Assembly: GCF_009914755.1 (NCBI RefSeq)
Contig: NC_060926.1
Origin: the human T2T-CHM13v2.0 reference genome, Homo sapiens
Length of the DNA: 64,000 bases
Direction: 5' to 3' (one strand)
The notes below the pieces were generated by a model. That model made no database searches. It was not told the DNA's origin and saw only the letters and a list, made by a program, of their open reading frames with translations. Positions 52,959 through 64,000 of this stretch are shown here, in pieces. Position 1 is the stretch's first letter, and the number at the start of each line of letters is the position of its first letter. Made by a program: the position numbers and the translations under genes.

Positions 52959-53097
52959 ATGAAGGACTCGCTGGTGCTGCTGGGCCGTGTCCCGGCGCAC
53001 CCGGACTCCCGCTGCTGGTTCCTGGCCTGGAACCCCGCGGGGACCCTGCTGGCCTCGTGCGGCGGCGACCGGAGAATCCGCATCTGGGGCACGGAGG
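52959..53097 (+). CDS. CIAO1: Cytosolic iron-sulfur assembly component 1 (WD40 protein), exon 1 coding part (139 nt)
   Basis: [26 protein letters not shown]...IRIWGTE; donor G|gtaag. Confidence 0.97.
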
Positions 53098-53444
53098 GTA
53101 AGGCCCAGCCTGGTTGCGCGGCCCTCAGCGCTGAGGGCTCAGCCTGCGCGTAGTGCAGGCGCTCAGCCTGCAGGGGAGGCTGAACCTGTTCCTGGCGGAG
53201 GGAGAGTGGGATGTTAGCCACGCCGAGAAGGGCTTTACAGGCAAAGAAGTCTGCGACTGTTGGGAGGAAAAACGTCAGCAGACAAGCTGAAATGTCAAGG
53301 GAATTGTGTTAGCTGCAGAGGCAGGAAAATGGGAAAAGAGAGGTGTTAGGAAAGTGGCCTTCAGAGTAACTTGCGACTGGATGGTCACATTTTATCCCGA
53401 GGGCATTGGGGAACCAATAGCAATTTTAGATCAGATTTGTTTTA

Positions 53445-53879
<435 letters not shown>

Positions 53880-53928
53880 TCATGGTGCTGCACCCAGCTC
53901 CAGAGCCTGGCCTGCGCTCCGCCTTTAG

Positions 53929-54077
53929 GTGACAGCTGGATCTGCAAGTCTGTCCTTTCTGAAGGCCACCAGCGCACCGTGCGGAAGGTAGCCTGGTCCC
54001 CCTGCGGTAATTACCTGGCCTCTGCCAGCTTTGATGCTACCACTTGCATTTGGAAGAAGAACCAGGATGACTTTGAG
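53929..54077 (+). CDS. CIAO1: CIAO1 exon 2 (149 nt)
   Basis: tttag|GT; [24 protein letters not shown]...DDFE; donor |gtaccc. Confidence 0.96.
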
Positions 54078-54232
54078 GTACCCAGGCTGGTTGGGACCAG
54101 AATTATTGCCTGTTTCCTCCCCAGGGCTGGTTCAGGAACCTGAGCCAACCTGCGCCAGTTGGGCTGTACCCATGGGAAGGGGCTTAGGGGTGTTAGCTGC
54201 TGTTAATTCTCATTTTCTTTCCCCTTTCACAG

Positions 54233-54344
54233 TGTGTAACCACTCTCGAGGGCCATGAAAATGAGGTCAAGTCAGTGGCTTGGGCCCCATCTGGCAACCT
54301 CCTGGCCACTTGCAGCCGAGATAAGAGCGTTTGGGTCTGGGAAG
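54233..54344 (+). CDS. CIAO1: CIAO1 exon 3 (112 nt)
   Basis: ttcacag|; [17 protein letters not shown]...VWVWE; G|gtgag. Confidence 0.96.
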
Positions 54345-54443
54345 GTGAGGCCAGGTCCCTCCAGGTGGATTGGGAACCACCTGACAGCCCCCTCTGTGTC
54401 CCTGACAGGGTCGGCTCTTGGGTCCCCTTTTTCTCTCCCACAG

Positions 54444-54532
54444 TTGATGAAGAGGATGAGTATGAATGTGTCAGTGTTCTCAACTCCCACACACAGGATG
54501 TCAAGCATGTGGTTTGGCACCCAAGTCAGGAG
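54444..54532 (+). CDS. CIAO1: CIAO1 exon 4 (89 nt)
   Basis: cccacag|; [30 protein letters not shown]; |gtaag. Confidence 0.96.
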
Positions 54533-54666
54533 GTAAGAGTCAAGCAGGGACTCTTGTGGGAAGGGCTCTGGTGTGCAGGCTTGTGCCCAGCCTTCCTCTG
54601 CTTTTCAGCCTTAATCTAGCTTTTACGGAGAGTTCCATCTGTGAACAAAAAACATTAGTCCCTTTA

Positions 54667-54985
<319 letters not shown>

Positions 54986-55064
54986 CAGATACCTGGAACT
55001 GACCTGTCCTTTGCTTCCTGGGCCACACAGACACATGTTGGGTTTCCTTTCACTCTTCCCCCAG

Positions 55065-55266
55065 CTCTTAGCTTCTGCCAGCTATGATGACACAGTGAAG
55101 CTGTACCGGGAGGAAGAGGATGACTGGGTATGCTGTGCCACCCTTGAGGGCCATGAATCCACTGTGTGGAGCTTGGCCTTTGACCCGAGTGGCCAGCGCC
55201 TGGCGTCTTGTAGTGATGACCGTACTGTGCGTATCTGGCGTCAGTATCTACCAGGCAATGAACAAG
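55065..55266 (+). CDS. CIAO1: CIAO1 exon 5 (202 nt)
   Basis: ccccag|; [14 protein letters not shown]...YLPGNEQ; G|gtgag. Confidence 0.96.
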
Positions 55267-55875
55267 GTGAGGTCCATTAGTAGAGCTAAAGAAGACCCAT
55301 CTCTCAAGGGGTTCACAGTCTGCTAAGACACGTACATGAGTCAGAGCAAATGGGGGTAAAAGGTAAGATGTGCTACAAGAGGGCTCTGGATAGAGTGCTG
55401 GAAGAATCAGGAAAGTTTTGTAGAATGGGTTGTTTCATCTGAATTTAAAAGGGTATGTAGGATTTTAACATGAGAATTTCACGTGAGAATTCAAGTGAAA
55501 ACTCAACAGTGTGAGTAAAGATAACAATGGCGGGAATGCTTAGACTGAGGGGTGGTAATGCATTTAAATGGGGCATAGGACGTCTGGGGTTTGGAGAGGA
55601 ATAAAGTGGGTTGGGTCGGCTGGTGGGTGGCCTTCACAGGCACGCAAAGTAGTTACATACAGTCTGCAACAGAACAGGGATGTTTCCTCGGAATTCTGCT
55701 TGAGAAACGCCAGTCTGGCTATAGTGTGTAAGGCAGATAAGCAGGGATGGGGACACGAACGGAGACACAGACTCATAATCAGTTGAAGATGAGGGTGAGG
55801 GAAGGTAAGTTAGGTTCTCCTTTGAGGTGCCCAGGACATAGGAACGTTTAAGGGCAAGAGAAGTCTGTCTTGCAG

Positions 55876-55963
55876 GGGTGGCATGCAGCGGCTCTGACCC
55901 CAGTTGGAAATGTATCTGTACTTTGTCCGGCTTCCACTCAAGGACCATTTATGACATTGCTTG
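55876..55963 (+). CDS. CIAO1: CIAO1 exon 6 (88 nt)
   Basis: ttgcag|; GVACSGSDPSWKCICTLSGFHSRTIYDIAW; TG|gtaag. Confidence 0.95.
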
Positions 55964-56070
55964 GTAAGACTCCATCCCCCCACCCCATCCCATCCCCATA
56001 AATCAGGGATTTTAGAGAAGGCATACCCTATGCAGTCCTCTGCAACCCTGGGGGAGTGCTTGGGAATTGA

Positions 56071-57437
<1,367 letters not shown>

Positions 57438-57718
57438 AACTTTATGACATGGGAAACTGCTTATGCCAAGTGAGGAAAGTGCAGTTCATAATTGCATGTC
57501 GTTTTTTAGGATAATCATAGTAGGGGAAAGAACTAGATTGCAGCATCTGAAGATATAAGTGGGTGATATTTGTGACTCCTTATTAGTTAAGGAAACATTT
57601 TAATAAGAGGTTTTTAGCTGAGGCCTGAAGTTAGGGAAGAGAACAGGCCAGGAACTATGGAACAGGTCTCTCTGGCCTAATTAGTCAGGTATACCCACTG
57701 ATGTCACTTTCCTTCCAG

Positions 57719-57959
57719 GTGTCAGCTGACAGGGGCTCTGGCCACAGCTTGTGGGGATGACGCGATCCGCGTGTTTCAGGAGGATCCCAACTCGGATCCA
57801 CAGCAGCCCACCTTCTCCCTGACAGCCCACTTGCATCAGGCCCATTCCCAGGATGTCAACTGTGTGGCCTGGAACCCCAAGGAGCCAGGGCTACTGGCCT
57901 CCTGCAGTGATGATGGGGAGGTGGCCTTCTGGAAGTATCAGCGGCCTGAAGGCCTCTGA
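57719..57959 (+). CDS. CIAO1: CIAO1 exon 7 coding part (241 nt)
   Basis: ccttccag|; CQLTGALATACGDDAIRVF...KYQRPEGL*; exons sum to 1020 nt = 339 aa plus stop. Confidence 0.97.
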
Positions 57960-58956
57960 GCTACCTCGACTTTGGACAGAGTAATGACTCCCCAGAAAAC
58001 GTCATATAAGACTTTACCAGCCCCTGAGAGGACCAGGAGGAGCATCCTTGACCTTCATTTAACTTGGCTCACTTCTCTTCAGACTTGGGTAGAAGTGCAG
58101 AGCCACAGAATTGCTTTCCTTCCCCGCCTTTGACATGAGGCCTTCAGTAAAGAGCTACAGAACATGAGTACATTGTTATACCACAGATTTTTCTTGCATT
58201 AGGGCACAGTGTTAAATTTTTTGGAGGTAAATATACTATTTATAATCACTATATATAGTAGGAGGGGGTATGTGTCTCAGGCTTTTCTGAAGTTGCAAGA
58301 CTTAAAGAAATAATCCATCTGCATCCCAAGTCCTATTTTATAAGGATATTCATAAAAATTCCATGGTGAATCCTTGTCTGAAATAGGTCCTCCCTTCCCA
58401 GTTTCTGTGTAAGTCTTTGCATTTAAGACATCCAATCAATAATGAAGGAAATTTTTTTCTGAATGTAGGTTTGAGTGAGGGGCACCTCTGCTTTCCCTTA
58501 GCAACCCTCATATACCTCCCTGCACCGTTACGCTGTGATGGCAACTGGGGATAGAAAAAAAATGGGGAAAGACAGGAATCCTAAAAGGGAGAGTTATTAC
58601 TGGCCACAAGCCCTGTATTCTCAACAGGGATGCAAATTGGTTCTTCAGTAAGGATAAAAAAAAATCACAAGCAGTTGTTTGTGGCCCTCCTAAGGCCCAC
58701 AGCACATATAGTGTGTCTGTGATATTCCATTTTCATGGCAGGGAGTGATCAGGAAGAAGGCTTCCTAGGGGACTGGCGATTTAAACCAGTTGAGAAACAC
58801 TGCCATCAGCAGGCAGTTTCAGACTCACTCAAGTTGTCTCTTGACAGTCACTTCTAAATGGGTTCTAATGTGACAATGGCCTCCAAAACTACAGCCTTCC
58901 CTGAAGTTTAAGCTGTGACCTTAGATTTTAGAAGGACAGTGGGGCTGTACCTAGAA

Positions 58957-60851
<1,895 letters not shown>

Positions 60852-60961
60852 CCCTGAGGAAACTGCCCTTCAGAATCATCTTTCAATTTTGTGTGCATTT
60901 AATCTAAAGAACAGAAGGTAAGAATTTGAAGACAGTCGGAAGATCTGGATTAGAAAACCTG

Positions 60962-60967
60962 TTTATT
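60962..60967 (-). terminator. SNRNP200: SNRNP200 distal poly(A) signal (proximal AATAAA at 61356-61361)
   Basis: tttatt on + is AATAAA on -, ~650 nt after the stop codon. Confidence 0.7.
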
Positions 60968-61619
60968 AAGACTGGGTCACATCCAGCTAGTACATTTCAG
61001 TGCCCTTTCTGGTGCTGCCTCCCAGGAGCAGACACTGCAAATTTCAGAACCCCCATCTAGAGAAACCCCTAACCTGTGATCTAGCTTCCGAGGCTCAGTG
61101 TTGGTTCTTGTGGTAGTGCTGATGTGTGGGTACCACTGAGGCCAGGCCACAGTCGCATGTACCCTCCTCTGGGCTGACTCACGAGGCTACAGGGGACAGC
61201 ACACCTAATGAGCAGGTCTGTCCTCCAGACATACTCATTAACAAGCACGTTCCTGGCTAAAAAATAACCAGATCTTTTTGGCCGTGCCCTCAGGTTGGAG
61301 AAAGAAAACTTTTAATTTGGAATCACTACAAAGACAAATGGTTTCTACAAATTATTTTATTAGAATGTCAGACTCAAAAGAACTACCAGGAACATGCCTG
61401 AAAATGCTATATATGATTTATGCTTGACCCATGACACCTGCTGTCACTGGATCCAGAGTGAGCAAGGGAAAGGAAGTGGAGGTAGGCGGGGACAGCACCA
61501 GCCCTGGCTGGCCAGACCTGAGGCCCACAGACCTGGTCCCCACAACCAGGATTCCTACAATGTACACATTCCTAATTCAGGCTCAACTCTCCTTTACCCA
61601 AAAGTAAATGCCTCAGGAC

Positions 61620-61763
<144 letters not shown>

Positions 61764-61816
61764 CTAGAAAGAGCAGGCAGAAATCAAGATGAGCATGGAC
61801 ACAGGAAGCATTCTCA

Positions 61817-62101
<285 letters not shown>

Positions 62102-62328
62102 TTAATACTATCAAAAGTTGTCTCAAACAGACTTAATTTTTTAAGTAGATGAATTCATTTGTTGGTTCTGGCTCATTTCCTTGTGCCAAGGTACCTTCTC
62201 CCACTTAGTACCTGCCACTAAGTCCAAGGTACTACTATTAGAGGTCTAGTCTTTGGGGCCTAGGAGCTTTGAGTTCCTTAGAGATACTTTTAAGTACAAG
62301 GCAAATCTGCCAGATGAGAAAAAGCTTA

Positions 62329-62685
<357 letters not shown>

Positions 62686-63027
62686 CTACGGGCTGCCCCG
62701 CTGTCACAAAGACGAAGAGTCCCAGTTAAAAGCAGTCTTTACTCAGAGCCTTGAAACAATTAGTTTACAGAATTAAACATGACAGTATCTGGTTTCTGCT
62801 ATCAACCTTCAATTATTCTCCCATATAAAGAGAACCAGAATTTCTTTCTGGTGGTAAAAAACCAAGCACCCAGAAGCACAGTAAGTGGCAGTGAGAAAAA
62901 AGAAGAAACAACCAGGAAAGCCCAAGTGTCCTGCAGCCATCGGAGTTAAAGACAAATGCATCTTAAAGAGTCAGAGAGATGGACAATACTACACAACTGA
63001 CGGGTTTAACAATGACCAGTCATCTAA

Positions 63028-63328
63028 ATTTTTTTTTTTTTTTTTTTTTGAGATGAAGTCTCACACTCGCCTGGGCTGGTGTGCAGTGGGGCAATCTCGG
63101 CTCGCTGCAGCCTCCGCCTCCTGGGTTCACACCATTCTCCTGACTCAACCTCCTGAGTAGCTGGGACTACAGGTGCCCACCACCACGCACAGCTAATTTT
63201 TGTATTTTTAGTAGAGACGGGGTTTCACTATGTTGGCCAGGCTGGTCTCGAACTCCTGACCTCGTGATCCGCCCGCCTTGGCCTCCCAAAGTGCTGGGAT
63301 TACAGGCGTGAGCCACTGCGCCCGGCCC
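63028..63328 (-). mobile_element. Alu in a SNRNP200 intron
   Basis: T tract plus antisense Alu consensus. Confidence 0.93.
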
Positions 63329-63511
63329 TAAACTGTTTAAGCAGAAACAAACAGAAAAAAAACCCCATAGCCTCAAGATTAATTCTCACCCTTGTGAGCT
63401 GATTATCAGTCTAAAGTTTCCCTCCCTCAGGGACAGTGTGCCCTTGTACCAAGCACCTAGCCAATGGATAGGGTGAGTTGACACCTGACCAAGCCAGCTA
63501 CCAGGACGCAC

Positions 63512-63593
63512 CTGCGGGAAGAGAGGCGCAATGACAGGGCCTGTGACTTCCTCCTCTCGCTCCAGCTGCACCAGCACCACAACTGGCCCGCCA
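63512..63593 (-). CDS. SNRNP200: SNRNP200 coding exon (82 nt)
   Basis: [28 protein letters not shown]; AG/GT boundaries in phase. Confidence 0.96.
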
Positions 63594-63687
63594 CTGCAGG
63601 GGGAGAGGAGGGGCGCACGTCAGTGATGGGGCAGTGGGCTCAGAGCACACTATTATGCTGTGCCCAACAGGCACCACCTCTGGCTCA

Positions 63688-63936
<249 letters not shown>

Positions 63937-64000
63937 CTACACTATCAAGTCATCTAGATAAAACAGCTGCAGAAAGAACACAGCCCACAGTTGGCAGGCT

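Overview
This is human (primate) genomic DNA, recognised from the encoded proteins as the chromosome 2q11.2 locus STARD7-AS1 / TMEM127 / CIAO1 / SNRNP200. The right half holds TMEM127 (- strand, 3 coding exons, 717 nt, 238 aa) head-to-head with CIAO1 (+ strand, 7 coding exons, 1020 nt, 339 aa) across a CpG-island bidirectional promoter. CIAO1 lies tail-to-tail with the last four coding exons of SNRNP200 (-). The left ~35 kb is almost all transposon-derived: a HERV-W processed pseudogene (3741-9933), ERVL-class remnants with LTR16-like LTRs, LTR8, MST and MLT LTRs, L1 fragments, DNA transposons and dozens of Alus. By recall it lies within the lncRNA STARD7-AS1. Most ORF-track entries are Alu, ERV or GC-rich artefacts. 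I found no evidence of a new multi-gene system. The most interesting observations are the nested FLAM > HERV-W > AluY insertion, transposon-supplied poly(A) elements, an in-frame stop-free CIAO1 intron, an in-frame upstream GTG in CIAO1, and inverted Alu pairs. Exon coordinates were hand-counted and checked by frame arithmetic. Repeat boundaries and subfamily names are approximate and come from recalled consensus sequences, not from a search.
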